NCBI GenBank assembly: GCA_951406725.2
Contig: OX597817.1
Coordinates: forward strand, 67,084,001-67,148,000
Length of the DNA: 64,000 nucleotides
Direction of reading: 5' to 3'
Origin: Octopus vulgaris
Lineage: Eukaryota
Of the stretch, positions 25,474 through 39,149 are shown piece after piece. Made by a program: the position numbers and the translations under genes. Position 1 is the first letter of the stretch. Every line of letters begins with the position of its first letter. The notes beneath the pieces were generated by a model. The model saw only the letters and a program-made list of their open reading frames with translations. It searched no databases and was not told where the DNA came from.

Positions 25474-26490
25474 GAATATATGTATATATATATATATATA
25501 TGTATGTATTAATGTATGTATATATGTATGTGTATCCCAGACGGTGTCAAACAATTAACTTGAGAGACGAGAGCTTAAGTGATATGTAATTTCGGAAAAG
25601 GAGGAAATATATGCTAATTATTGTGCGAATGTCATGGAAATGAAAACAATGACGTGATAAAAACCAATTAGTATATAAATTAATTTAGAATGAGATAAAA
25701 GCAACCTTTTGTTGTTTTATGAAACAACTCTTCTAAATATTTCATCAAAATCGAAATATCTCAGTCGGCTCCTAAAGAAATACCAATAGAAGACGCGCAT
25801 AAAAAACTCAACCACACACACACAAAAAAAGAAGAAAATACTTGCATAGGCGTAGGAGTGTGTTATGTATGTATGTATGTTTAGTGTTCAAAATTAACGA
25901 CGCGAATAACAACAAAGAAAGCAATGAAAATAATGTGTAATTATTGGGTTGACGCTCATTGAGAGATTAAAGAAAAATAGAAGTATGTTTGACGTTTCGA
26001 GTTTAAGATTTTTTTCAGAAAGATATTTGAAAGGAAAAACTGTAGAGGAAAGAAAGAAAAATGCGTGAGTAACGAGGATATGTCTTGAGGTGGAAAGACT
26101 GGTTGTGACAGAGAATGATGAAGGTTCCATACGTATAGGAACAATGAAGAAAATAAATTTAAGTTATGTGTGTGCCCGTGTGCATATATCGGTGTATGCC
26201 TAGGAATATTCAAGCTTGTGTGTGCATGTGTTAGTGTTTACGGGAAAAACTGAGAAGTGTGCAGATTGCGTGTAAATTATGTGAACGCTTGTTTGTGTAT
26301 GTATGTATGTATGTATGTATGTTTGTTTGTGCGTGTCTGTGTGATACTCATCTGTGTGCATGTGTGCGCTTCCAGTGTTTTCTACAGTTTTCGTATGAGT
26401 ATTGTGAACGCAGTGTATAAGAACTAGTATATACAGGCAATGAATGATGAAGTGTATGTACATATGGGCGTGTCTGATCGCATCTTCACT

Positions 26491-27235
26491 AGAACAAGTG
26501 CCTTCTACTATAGCCTCGAGCCGACCAAAGCCTTGTGAGTGGATTTGGAAGACGGAAACTGAAAGAAGCCCGTCGTATATAAATATCAGGAATATATATT
26601 TATGTGTGGTTTTGTGTCTGTGTTTGTCCCCCACCCCCACCCCACCCCACCGTCGCTTAACAACCAATGTCGGTGTGTTTATGTCACCGTAACCTAGCGG
26701 TTCGGCAAAAAAGACTGATAGAATAAGTACTAGGCTTACAACGAATAAGTCTTGGGGACGATTTCTTCGACTAAAATCCTTGAACGCGGCGCTCCAGCAT
26801 GGCTGCAGTCAAATGACTGAAACAAGAAAAAGAATAAAAGAATAGGGGGTGTCTGTGCGCGCGCGTGTTTTTCCCCCTATCACTGCTTGACAGCTGATGT
26901 TGTTATGTTTATGTCCTCGTTCAGTAAAATAAACCGATAGAATGAATTCCAGGCTTCAAAAAAATAAGTAGTGGGGTCGATTCATATGACTAATAGCTCC
27001 TCAAGGCGGTGCCCCAGTGCGGCCGCATTTTAAGAACTGAAACAAGTAAAAGATAAAAAAAGATAATATATGCAACGGGCTTCTGTTAGTTTCCGCCTAG
27101 CAAATCCGCACACTAGGTTCGGCTTGCCCTGGCATTAAAGTAGAAGACACTTGTTCAAGATGCTGCATAGCGGAACTGAACGCAAGGCTGCTTGGTTGGG
27201 AAGCGAGCTCCTCAACCACATAGCCATGCCAGAGC
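26491..27235. mobile_element. SINE family B pieces (plus-strand body 26491-26843, second tail to about 27060, inverted head 27075-27235)
   Basis: Matches to 42029-42390. Confidence 0.8.
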
Positions 27236-27284
27236 CTATAAAGTCAGGGTGGCTCCTATACCCACGTCTACGTTTTTTATATAT

Positions 27285-27379
<95 letters not shown>

Positions 27380-27614
27380 ATTGATTATGCATCGATATGC
27401 ATATTTGTGACCGAAATATCCTTTTCTGTTGTACTCTCTAAATAGTTTCAACTATAGAAATTTTGATTAGTGATAAATTCAATAGCAAGGCAGGAACCGA
27501 AGATTAAGTCAGAGAGACATTAGGATTACGGATTAAATACTCTTGTAACCGAGCTATTTGAACTATCTGCGAATGACTTGTTAATTTTAGTAATATATAT
27601 TGTGAAGTCACGAG

Positions 27615-27840
27615 ATTTAGCTGTTAGGGTATTCAGCTCATGATCGTAAGGTTGTGAGTTCAATTCCTGGCGATGCGTTGTGTCCTTGGTCGAGACATTT
27701 CATTTGACGCTGCTTCTGTCTACTCAGCTGGCTAAGATGAGTAGTACCCGTATTTCAAAGGGCCAGCCTTGTCACACTCTGTGTCACGTTGAATCTCCCT
27801 GAGAACTACATTAAGGGTACACGTGTCTGTGGAGTACTCA
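27615..27840 (+). mobile_element. tRNA-derived SINE, family C
   Basis: Head GTTAGGGTATTCAGCTCATGATCGTAAGGTTGTGAGTTCAATTCC; a related head lies at 32925-33000. Confidence 0.65.
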
Positions 27841-30159
27841 GATCTCTCCATCATCATAAGGAAGGATACATGGGAGTACCACATCCCGATGAGGAAGTTA
27901 GAGTTTAAAAACCTGATCCCTCTGAGCGGTACTTTGGTAATTATCTAGCCTGTGTATATATATGTATATATATATATTATCTTTTTTTACTTGATTTAGT
28001 CATTTTGGGGCTGGGGCGCCATCTTGAAAGGTTTAGTCAAATAAATCGATCCCGGTACTTATCTTAAAAACTGCCCAACATTTGTCAAGTACTAACAACG
28101 GGCTTTCACAGTTTCCAGCTACCAAATTTATTCAAATTGGTTGACTAAGATGCCTCGAAGTGGAACTGAACACAGGACCATGTGGTTGCATACAGAGCTT
28201 CTTAATCACACAGCCATGTCTGCACGTATAAAACATTACATACATATAATGTATATATATAATTTAATGTAAACACACACACACACATAACCAGATACAC
28301 AAACATATATATAATGAACTTGTATACATTCCTATTACCTTTTTCGTTCATATCATTCACACATATTAATATATAAATACAAACATATATCATGATTTAT
28401 GTATTATTTATATGTTACACCGAAGCCGCATCAATTTGTTAAACATCCGCTAACATAGTGTGAAGTTCCGGTAGCGTTGGGCGTTCGTTTGTCACAAGTC
28501 AGCCTGCCTATCAAGCCTCAACAGTTTTTAAATATTTCTTTTAATTGAAGTTGTTTTTCTTGACGTGTTTTTATTTATTTTTTGTGTGCTAAACTTCATA
28601 CTTATGTACACTGAATAAAAAGCAAAATTGAAGTCGAAAATAATTTACAGTTGAGTGGAATGCTTTTTTTTAATGCTATAAATATCACATTTGTTAACTT
28701 ACATAAAACAAATAAAGTAATTTTGTTTTTTAATCTCATAGTATATCAATACTTTTTATTGTTGTAATCAAACATACAGAATGCTGTGCGTCAGTAAATA
28801 AAAAAAAAACCAATGCAATCCGCCTACAGAAAGAAAGCTGGTTAAATAAATATCAGTTCTGAAACAATAATCTTTACACAAGAGTTGATAGTGATGTAGT
28901 TATATGAAAAACATTCCCTGTAGCTAGGAGGTGGTCCATCGCTGGAAAATTCCCTTACATTCATTCGTTCAATTAAAGAATGACGAATTTTCCTGAAAGA
29001 TATTTCGAAACGTTTGTTATAATCTTTGCTTTTCTAGAGATCCTATCTGAAGGAGCACCTTTTCCACGACGGGTCCAGCCGATTGGTCCAATCCAGCCGA
29101 CTCGTCCAGTCCAGTAGACTGGTCAAGTCCATCTTTTTACTTTTCATCCTCCACCACTTGCAAATTCTACTCCATTTCCTCAGAGACCACCCTCTAAAAA
29201 CTTTCTGTTTAGAATTTATCACTTCTAGAATTCTCTCTCCGTACTCAATTTTTCGGTCCACGTCTATTGCCAAATATTTAACCTAAACACCACCTGCATC
29301 GATCTCACCAATAGGATAATGTAATGTGGGTACGGGGTTGGGTAGCTAATTTCTCAAAGGAAATATTCATCTTACACTGCATGAGCTGATAGTTTGTTAC
29401 ACTTTCCTCACAACATAACTGAGCTGTCAATTCTACGATTAATGGTTAGGATAACACAAAGTACAACAACGGCAACGGCGGCAGCTTTTGCTATTGCTGC
29501 TGTAGCTATTTCTATTGTTCTTTTGACGAGAAACACTATGATCAAGCAAAATTATGATGAAAGATACCCAACCAGGTCAGACATTATCCAATATGTCCGT
29601 TGTATTCTTTTTACGTCAGTACAGTTAAAACTGCAAGTGATTTGGCCGCTGTTTGTAGTGAACTGTGGCTCATTAAGAGTATTAATAATATTCATCCTGA
29701 CAGCAATGCTTTAATATATATGGTGAAGCGATGAACTAAATGCATTATGGTATTTACTTATCTTATTTTTTACTATATTTATTTCCAACGGGAAGTAAAT
29801 GTAGTAAATTCACGATTCCTACCTGCACCATTCATGAAATAATTGCAATAATATATTGATCGAGTCATTGGTAATTATCAATATTATAGCTAATATAAAA
29901 TTGAAGAACTAGGCATTACTTGTGAAAATCTATGTTATTGTTGCTTCTTATTAATATTCTTTCTAATATTGAGACAGCTCCAACAATTTTTGGGGAAAGG
30001 GGTCAGTCGATTACATTGATCCCAGTACTGGACTAGTACTTTATTTTATCGACCCCAAAGGGATGAAGTGTAAATTTGAACTCAGAATTTGAACTCAGGA
30101 TATTAAGAGTCAGAAGAAATGGCGCTAAACATTTATACAACGCGTTAACAATTCTACTC

Positions 30160-31390
30160 ATAGATACGTAACTAATACAAAAATATACTTACATAACACC
30201 TTCTTCCATTTCGAAGGATCCATTTACAAACTAATCTCCGGACTGCCGATGGGATCAAGTTTGTCAGGCTTACTAGCCATCACATACACAGACCGGTTAG
30301 AATGAAGGGCATTCAACAGCTGTCACTCCGGTTCTTTTTTCGCCAGATATATCGACGACATTCTCATATTAACATCGTCTCACGATATATATACAATATA
30401 TTCACAAATATTAATGGACATATAAAATTTGAAGTGGAGTACCCCGATAACACCGTTTCCTTATCGCTGTTTGATTTTGAATGCAAAATCACACACAACG
30501 GGTCTATTTTCACTAACCTTAACAGAAAAGGGATGTTCAGCGGTATATTTGTACATTATAATTCATCCCTGCCCATCAGAGTTAAGAAGGCTCACATTAG
30601 AAATGAGATTCATCGGATAAACAGTAAACGTAGCTATTTGGTTATCCATATTCTTTCACTAAACGCTTGGACATCACTAGAACACCTAACAAAATCCACA
30701 CCTCCAAGGATAACGTAGATTTTGAAACTTCCATATTGTAATAAAAACACAGTTGTTGCAATCCGCCGTGCAATCTGTAGGGAAGGACTGAATATACCAC
30801 TGATACATTTTGCACGTCCCTGGGGAGAGTCCTGACTAAAAACAATCCGAGACAAAACAATATCATATATACCCTGCCCAACTGCCTGGTCAAAAGTAAA
30901 AATATATGTCTGCGGCCCTGCGTGGTGTATAAAATCACGTGTAGCAAATGAAAATTCTCCATTGGAAATACCACCAGGCATTTACATATACGGATTAAAG
31001 GACACCTCTATGCTAATATTTCTTCTGTCAAAAAGAATCTAGTCGTACAGAACTGCTACACCTAAGACATCCTGGTTTCCATTAAAGCTATAAAAAGAAA
31101 GACTGGGAACTTGAGAATAAAAGTTCTTTTAATTAAGAAATACACCCACGTGTTAATAACATATTAGAGTTACCAAGTGATCGACTGGTTAGATTGGCGA
31201 CGATTATCAACCCTTCATACACAAACACTGCAGGACAGAGAAATCATCGAATAACAGCTTTTCCCCAAAGATTTCCTGAGGGGTAGTAACCCTGAAATAT
31301 CAAAATACCCGGTAAAACTATCAACCTGTTTTATTTTTTATCAATTGCATTGTTTTAGCTTTCGTAACAAATATCAAAAACATTTATATA
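30160..31390 (+). mobile_element. Decayed Penelope-like element (second family)
   Basis: FHFEGSIYKLISGLPMGSSLSGLLA, YIDDILIL, HIKFEVEYPD, FVHYNSSLP, VVYKITCSK*KFSIGNTTRHLHIRIK. Hammerhead remnant at 31271-31306. Confidence 0.85.
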
Positions 31391-31446
31391 TATATGAGAC
31401 AAGACATCATGAAAACTATGTGAGTGTGTGTGTGTGTGGGGGGGTG

Positions 31447-31495
<49 letters not shown>

Positions 31496-31700
31496 CTATA
31501 TATAGCTAACTAGCTAGATAAATAATAGAGATAATAGATAGATAAATATTTATATACATATATAGACATAAATATATGTTACGTAATATATAATATATAT
31601 ATAAAACTATAAATACATATAGTATTATATATGTGTGTGTGTATATGTGTTGTGTATGCATGTGCGTATAACTAATATATATAGTTATACATATATAGTT

Positions 31701-31736
<36 letters not shown>

Positions 31737-33240
31737 GTTACACATAAATGTTCTATTTTACTCAAGTGAGATATATTTAGCTAAAACACCTCGTAACACT
31801 TAATTTAACGCCTCAATGCTCCAGAAAGCTCACACCTTATATATAAATACTGTCATATTTCCATTGAAAGCCAGTGTATGACGTGATCTAACATCTTTAT
31901 CAAAATAGAACCTAATTTCAATCATAAATAGCGTAACTGCTTAGCACCATAACTTAAATTCATTGTGAATATGAGTTTCTATACAGTAATATGCGTATCG
32001 AAACTAAAATTAAACCCTGAACATATTTTGTTGATATAGTGATAGACAGTCGACTCATCCAAGGGTAGACTAGCGTCAGGCAACCCTATTGTATTATCGT
32101 TTTCATTCATTTTAAATACGAGGCGTCGGCGGCAGTAAATCGCACTGTTGCAACGTGAGTTATTACATAATGGACCTTGAAAACCAGAGGACAGTGAGTG
32201 ATATTTACATTTGATAAATTCGTCATGGTGTTCACTTATCGATTTGGTAGAGTTAACGATTCGTATCGCGTCAATGACGCGACATTATTTCATTTTGAAT
32301 ATTGTTCCCCTCTCATTCGGAGTCTAGACCTAGAAGCAAACAAGCAAGGAATTGAACGAAATCGTTTGAACTAATGTCAGTATGAGCCAAATCTAAGGTG
32401 GCAAGCTGACGGCATCATTAGCAGGCTTAGCGGCATTTCGTCCGTCTTTACGTTCTGAGCTCAAATTCCACCTAAGTCGACTTTACCTGTCATCTTTTCG
32501 ACGTCGATGATAAAATAAGTACCGGTTAATCACCCCTTCCCCCGAAATTGCTGGCCTTGTGCCAAAATTTGAAATGAATATAAGCCAAATCTCTCTCTCA
32601 AATAAATCACACTGCCGTCTTAAATGAGCCAAGGAGTCTGTAGATCAAAATAGTTTTAGATATCCTGCAGAAGAGGATCGCAATTGGAGTTACTTTAAAA
32701 AGGCAGGACACGTTTGTTAATGTAGTTCTAGGGATACAAAGCCACAGGATGAGATAGAACGCATTTCATCAAATGTTTTCTCAGGCAGTTTTGACGTAGG
32801 GGTTAAATAAGTACATCATCATCACCATCAACAACACCAACAACCACCACAACAACAAAAAAACCAACCAAGCAGTAAATAAGCATATGAAATGTGAAGT
32901 ATAACCACTCTAGGGAAATTATGAAGGCTCATGGCCTAGTTGTTAGGGTGTTCAGCTTACGGTCATGGTGTCGAAGGTTCAATTCTTAGACTGGGAACTG
33001 GTGTATCATCTGTCACTCTTGTTGTCACATTTTGGAGGCCAGTCTGCTGGGTCAAGAATGAGAGGTGGAGGAGGTACCTATGTCTACTCGCGACCTACAG
33101 GCACCTAAAGTACCGAAAACATGGTACTTGCTATCAAGCCATACAAGCTCTGCAGTGATGCCCAGATTTAATATTCATGATAACTTTGAATAATTGATTA
33201 GTGCTTTATGAATTTACTTTGTTGATTTTAAACCTGCAAA

Positions 33241-33415
33241 GGTGTAGGCGTGGCTTTGTGGTAAGAAGCCTGTTTCCCGACCACATGGCTCCAGGTTCAG
33301 TCCCACTGCGTGAAACATTGGGCAAGTGTCTTCTACTATAGCCTTGGGTCGACCAGTCTTGTGAGTGGATTTGGTAGACGGTAACTGAAAGAAGCCCGTC
33401 CTATATACATACATG

Positions 33416-33472
<57 letters not shown>

Positions 33473-33731
33473 CTATCTATATATATATATATATATGCGT
33501 GTTTGTGTGTCTTTGTATCTGTGTTTGTCTCCCCATCATCGCTTGACAACCGATGCTGGTATGTTTACGTCCTCGTAACTTTGCGGTTATGCAAAAGAGA
33601 CCGATAGAATAAGTGCTACGCTTACAAAGAATAAACCCTGGGGCCGATTTCTTCGACTAAGACTCTTTGAGGCTGTGTTCCAGCATGGACACAGTCAAAT
33701 GTCTGAAACAAGAGAAAGAATAAAAGAATAA
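33241..33731 (+). mobile_element. SINE family B
   Basis: Head, TTGGGCAAGTGTCTT core, internal microsatellite and tail. Confidence 0.88.
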
Positions 33732-34095
33732 AATCTGCTGTAGGACGCGCCAACAAAAAGAACCTCCTTTTCTGCTAGAAATAAAAGCCAAATTTCCATC
33801 AAATTGTAGGTATTTGATAACATTATGAAAAATATTGATGATCTTCACTCTTTCACGATATTTCTGCTCTATGAAGGCTGACTTAGGGTTAAACAAACAT
33901 CAGCACCAAAAAGAAATGACTATAGAGTGATATTCCAAAGAGGAGACGAAGATGTTTCTCAACTTCATAAGCTCTGTATGTTTTAAGCACGACGTAAGAT
34001 ACATCTCCAATCTAGGAGGCACTCAGTATTCTTTTATTCTTTTATTCTTTTACATTTGTCAACCTTAAGGCTGTGACCATGCTGGAGCACCGCTG

Positions 34096-34191
34096 GTGTG
34101 GAACGCTTCACGAACTTGCATGACATTCTCTTGCAGGAGCCATGCTAATTATCTCTGTATCGTTCCAATTTTAGAATATGTACAGTCGAAA
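34096..34191 (-). pseudogene. U6: U6 snRNA retropseudogene
   Basis: Reverse complement TTCGACTGTACATATTCTAAAATTGGAACGATACAGAGATAATTAGCATGGCTCCTGC..GTTCGTGAAGCGTTCCAC. ACAGAGA box intact, ISL mutated, no oligo-U end. Confidence 0.92.
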
Positions 34192-34401
34192 TATTGATTA
34201 TAAAGGTTATAAAAGTGCCTGGGACGGACAACTGTGCCGAAGAATGGACAGTTTTTATACCTGTCTTAATGAAACTCTCTAATGAGGGAATACTACATCA
34301 AAATCCTCAACATGGAATTATCTTCTTAGGAGCGTACATACTCATTTGAAAGACCTCATAGGTATACATAAATATGTATGTGTGTGTATGTGATGTATGT
34401 T

Positions 34402-34453
<52 letters not shown>

Positions 34454-34539
34454 AACATATATATATGTGTGTGTGTATGTGTGTCTGTGCATGTATGTAT
34501 GAGTGTGTGTGTGCATCTCTCTATCTATCTATCTCTGTC

Positions 34540-34645
34540 TCTTCTCTCTCTCTCTACTCTCTTCTCTCTCTCTCTACTCTCTTCTCTCTCTCTCTACTCT
34601 CTTCTCTCTCTCTCTACTCTCTTCTCTCTCTCTCTACTCTCTTCT
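34540..34645. repeat. 20-bp minisatellite (CTTCTCTCTCTCTCTACTCT), about 4-5 copies
   Basis: Direct reading. Confidence 0.9.
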
Positions 34646-34676
34646 CTCTTTCTCTCTCTCTCTCTCTCTGTGTATA

Positions 34677-34722
<46 letters not shown>

Positions 34723-35189
34723 TACATGTTTATATAAACAATACAAATATATATTTACATTACCTTTCTCTCGCTCCTCTCTTTCTGTCTCTCTCTCTCT
34801 CTCCTCCTTATCTTACACACACACACACACACACATACACGCGCTCGCGCGCACACACGTTATGTACATGTATATTGTCAATTTTCATCAGGCAGTCGTG
34901 TTGGCGCCAGGGAGCAGCCCAGAGTTCATAACATATACAAAAGACCACACGTAAATGGTGTCGGGTGAGTTACGAAGGGCAGGAGAATGAAAAGAAGTAG
35001 AAGGATCCGGTAAAAACATAGTGAGTTTAAGGTCTTTACGAAGCGAGACTAGGGCGAAGGGCGAGGAGCAAGGAACGATTAGCAAGACTTAGATAGAGAT
35101 AGAGAAGCGGTGTAAAGTGAGTTGCTGAGTAGAATGTATGTGAAAGCAATCATTTATAACGTGTGTGTGTGTGTGTGTGTGTGTGTGCA

Positions 35190-35271
<82 letters not shown>

Positions 35272-35324
35272 GCTAGCTAGCTAGCTAGCTATCTCTCTCT
35301 CTCTATCTATCTATCTCTAACTAA

Positions 35325-35614
<290 letters not shown>

Positions 35615-35685
35615 GAGAAAGAGAGAGAAAGAAAGAAAGAGAAAAAGAGAGAGATATTGTGAATGTAAGCGGAAACGACTGTTAA

Positions 35686-35902
35686 CCCTTTAGCATTCAG
35701 ATTACTCCATCAAGTGTAATGGTTATTTGTTTACATGCTTTTGAATTAATCATGCATTATATCATGGCATCGAGTTCAATAACGTGATTGTTTATTTCTA
35801 GAATGACATTCTAGGGTAGCTGTGAGAGCTTGGATCCGGTCAGTTTGAACATACAACAGATAGAATATTTGGGCCGGATATGGCCGATTCAAATGCTAAA
35901 TG
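35686..35902. mobile_element. piggyBac-type MITE
   Basis: Left end TTAA|CCCTTTAGCATT; decayed right end AATGCTAAA(TG)CTAA. Confidence 0.6.
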
Positions 35903-38010
35903 CTAACATCAAATTTATAGGCTAAGAATGAAAGTGCTACCAGCCATGGGTATGTCGTTCATGTTTTTATGGTTTTTTTCAGTGATCAGACGTAGATTTG
36001 GCTGCTATTTCTAACCTATCGTCTGCCATTTCAATTTTTCTTTTCTACTCTAGGCACAAGACCCAAAATTTTTGTGGGAGGGGGCCAGCCGATTAGATCG
36101 ACCTAGGACGTAACTGGTACTTCATTTATCCACCCCGAAAGGATGAAAGGCAAAGTCGACCTCGGCGGAATTTGAAGATCTGCCATCTCAATTCTAACAA
36201 ATCAATGATCCCCCTCGACTCTTTTGGTTAATTCGGAGAATCGTTAGAGCATCAGACTTGCGTTTGCGGGTATTTAATTATAACTTTAGGTTTAGAGTTC
36301 AAATCCAATAAAGATCAATTTAGTGCTTCATCCTTTCTGGGCAAATAAATTAAAATACCAATCATATTGCATGACATGTTCATTGAACGTTTTACATTTT
36401 ACCAAATATTTCAAAAGTAAAAGATCTTCACAGAACATTCAGAATTATAATGAGGCCAAGAAGATGGTAAACATAGACGTGAAGGCTTCTTTGTTTTTAT
36501 TATTATTGTTATTATTATTTTTACATATATACTTGATTCGAAAATAATCATTGATATCTGTATGTGGGGAAAAAGGCGGTGTATCTGTAGAATCCGTGGA
36601 ATGGCAGACCATATGCCTTGCAGTATTTAGTCATGGAGATGTATTTGTAAAGCAAGTGTTTTGATCTGAGATTTCGTACTAAAACTAAAGCGAATGCAGC
36701 GTAGAAAACGTAAGTTAGCCCTTCAGAAACACACAAAGGCTGGCAACTTAATTTAAACATTTATTTGTTATACGGTGTCAACATTTTCGTTGCTCGAAAC
36801 TGCAACCTGTTCAATGACAAAAAAATTTTGCTGTTGAGTGAAATTTCTGATTTCATAGCTCACAGAACGGACCGGAACAAGATACAAAAAGTTGCTTCAA
36901 GATAAAGAACATCTGGAAAGACTTGGATGACTAGGGATATCTGGCATAGAACAGCTGAAAGTGGGCTGCGAAAATGGATTCGATATAGGGCAAGGCACAG
37001 GAGGTTACAAAAACCAATCTGATTATATCAAATAGCTGAAGCTTATATTTTCCGTTAAGGAAAAGTGATTAAATAACAAATAAATAAATAAATAAATAAA
37101 TAACGTTCTGATTTCGAATTCCTTTACAGTTAACTGTGGCTTTCAACTTTCTGGGCTTGATAGAATGAGTGTCTGTTAAAATCTCCTGTTGATTTGATCG
37201 AATATACTGATGGAATGTACGGATCGAATGTGAAGTTTTGTATATAGGTAACAAATTAATATGTCCGTAATTAAGCAATGAATATAGGTTTCAACTTTTG
37301 GCTCAAGACCAGTAATTTCGTGAGAGAGAGTAAGTCGATTACATTGATACCAGTGATCAACTGGTATTTATTTTATCGACCCCGAAAAGGATGAAAGGAA
37401 AAGTTGACCTCGGCAGAATTTGAACTCCTACCAGCTCGCTACCTTAGATTAAGCAAAGAATATTAGGAAGAGAGAGAAAGAGAGACAAGATGACATATGA
37501 AAAAAGGGAGGTGAAATTTATTCAAAAAAAGGTAAAGAGGGAGTCAAAAAGAAGCAGAGCGAGCAAGAGAGGGAAAAAAAGAGAAAGTGAGTGTGACATG
37601 TAACAGAGGCATTAATTATATAGTTTATCAAAAACTTTTCTTTCTAGCAATGGTGGCCACTCATATAAGAACATGAAGTGAATAACGGGGAAACTGAAAA
37701 CGTTCAAAAGATATATTTACCGGAAACATGTGTGCCTTTGCGCACACGCGCCTCTTTCTATATGTGTGTGTGTGTGCGCGCGCACACGCTTGTATTTGAG
37801 TGTGTGCGTGCATGTGCATGCATTTGTGCATGCGTGTGTATATTTGTGTACATATGATTATGTAATTGTCTAAGTGTTTATATATTTGAATTCACATTAA
37901 CTTACGTATTCATGAGCAGTTATGTGTGTGTTTGTGCGGTTTTGTATGTGTGTGTGTGTGTGTGTGTGTATGTGTGTGTGTGCGTGCACGCGCGCACGCT
38001 CGAGTATCTG

Positions 38011-38257
38011 CTGTTGTTAAATGACGATCATACAAAGAATAACAGTATTAAACTTAAATCCATAACATGCACATTTGATTAGACTATTCAACTATACTAA
38101 AACAGTGAGATAGTTTAATGTAGTAAAGTGACGATCGCACTAAGAAATAATAGGCATGACTCTTGTAAGTTACTGACACCGTACACTCTTCAAATGTGCA
38201 TGTTATGGATTTAAGTTTAATACTGTTATTCTTTGTATGATCGTCATTTAACAACAG
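38011..38257. repeat. Perfect 68-bp inverted repeat (38011-38078 / 38190-38257)
   Basis: The arms are exact reverse complements; spacer 111 bp. Confidence 0.92.
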
Positions 38258-38412
38258 TGTGTATGTATGATGTGTGTGTGTATGTCTGTGTATGTGTGTG
38301 TGCGTGCGTATCTCAGAAACAGGAAATGAACAAGCAAAACATATGGTATCACTTTAGAGTATGTAGTTTATAACTGAAACATAGTGCGGAGTAGCTATAG
38401 TAAGTAGGTAAA

Positions 38413-38506
38413 GTCTCTTACAGCTGTTTCTAGAATAGCTGTGTGGATCCTATGTTATCGAGTAGAGATTTCCACGCAGGCTAACTATTTCGTCATCGGG
38501 GAAACA
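38413..38506 (-). ncRNA. Type I hammerhead motif (U4C) in a probable PLE pLTR remnant
   Basis: GTTTCC-CCGATGA-..AATAGTT...AGCTATT..-GAAA-CAGCTG-TA-AGAGAC, with palindromic stem III ACAGCTGT and a GUA site. Confidence 0.6.
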
Positions 38507-39106
38507 GAAACAAGGAATATCGTTAATCAAGGAATATCCTTTCCTTAACTTAGGATATTAGTAGGTACTTGTTCGTGGAGGAGCTAGGGAGCGTCTAAAG
38601 TAAAACATAATAGTGGTTAGTAATTCCATGATTAATGAATTAAGGAAATCCTTTGCAAGAGATAATGGCATTTAGCAGTTTCCATTGTTGAAGTATTAAG
38701 GAAAATCCATGGTAAAAGATGATAGAAGTTACTAGTTCTATCATTGAAAAGAAAGTGAGGTAGATATGAGTGGAAGACTTTCGAAGAGTATATGGCAGTA
38801 AGAAATTTCAAATATTTTGTTAGAAAGTGAAGCAGTAAATAATACAGGGCCCCTTAATAGCTTTCACAAACGATTTTAAACAGTAAGTGACGAGGCACAC
38901 ACACACACATGGATACAGAAAGAGAAGGGGAGAGAGAAAGAGAAAGAGTGGGAGAGCGTGGGAAGAGAGAGAGAGAGAGAATGGAAGAAAGAAAGAGAGA
39001 GACAGAGGGAAAGGGAGAGAGGCAGAGAGAAAGATGATTGGCTTGCTAGATAGATAGATGGATGGGTAGTTAAATACAGAAAAGATAAGTAGATAGGTTT
39101 GAATGG

Positions 39107-39149
<43 letters not shown>

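Noticed and set aside
36548-36760. 70-aa non-repetitive ORF
   Set aside because: No motif or supporting exon structure.
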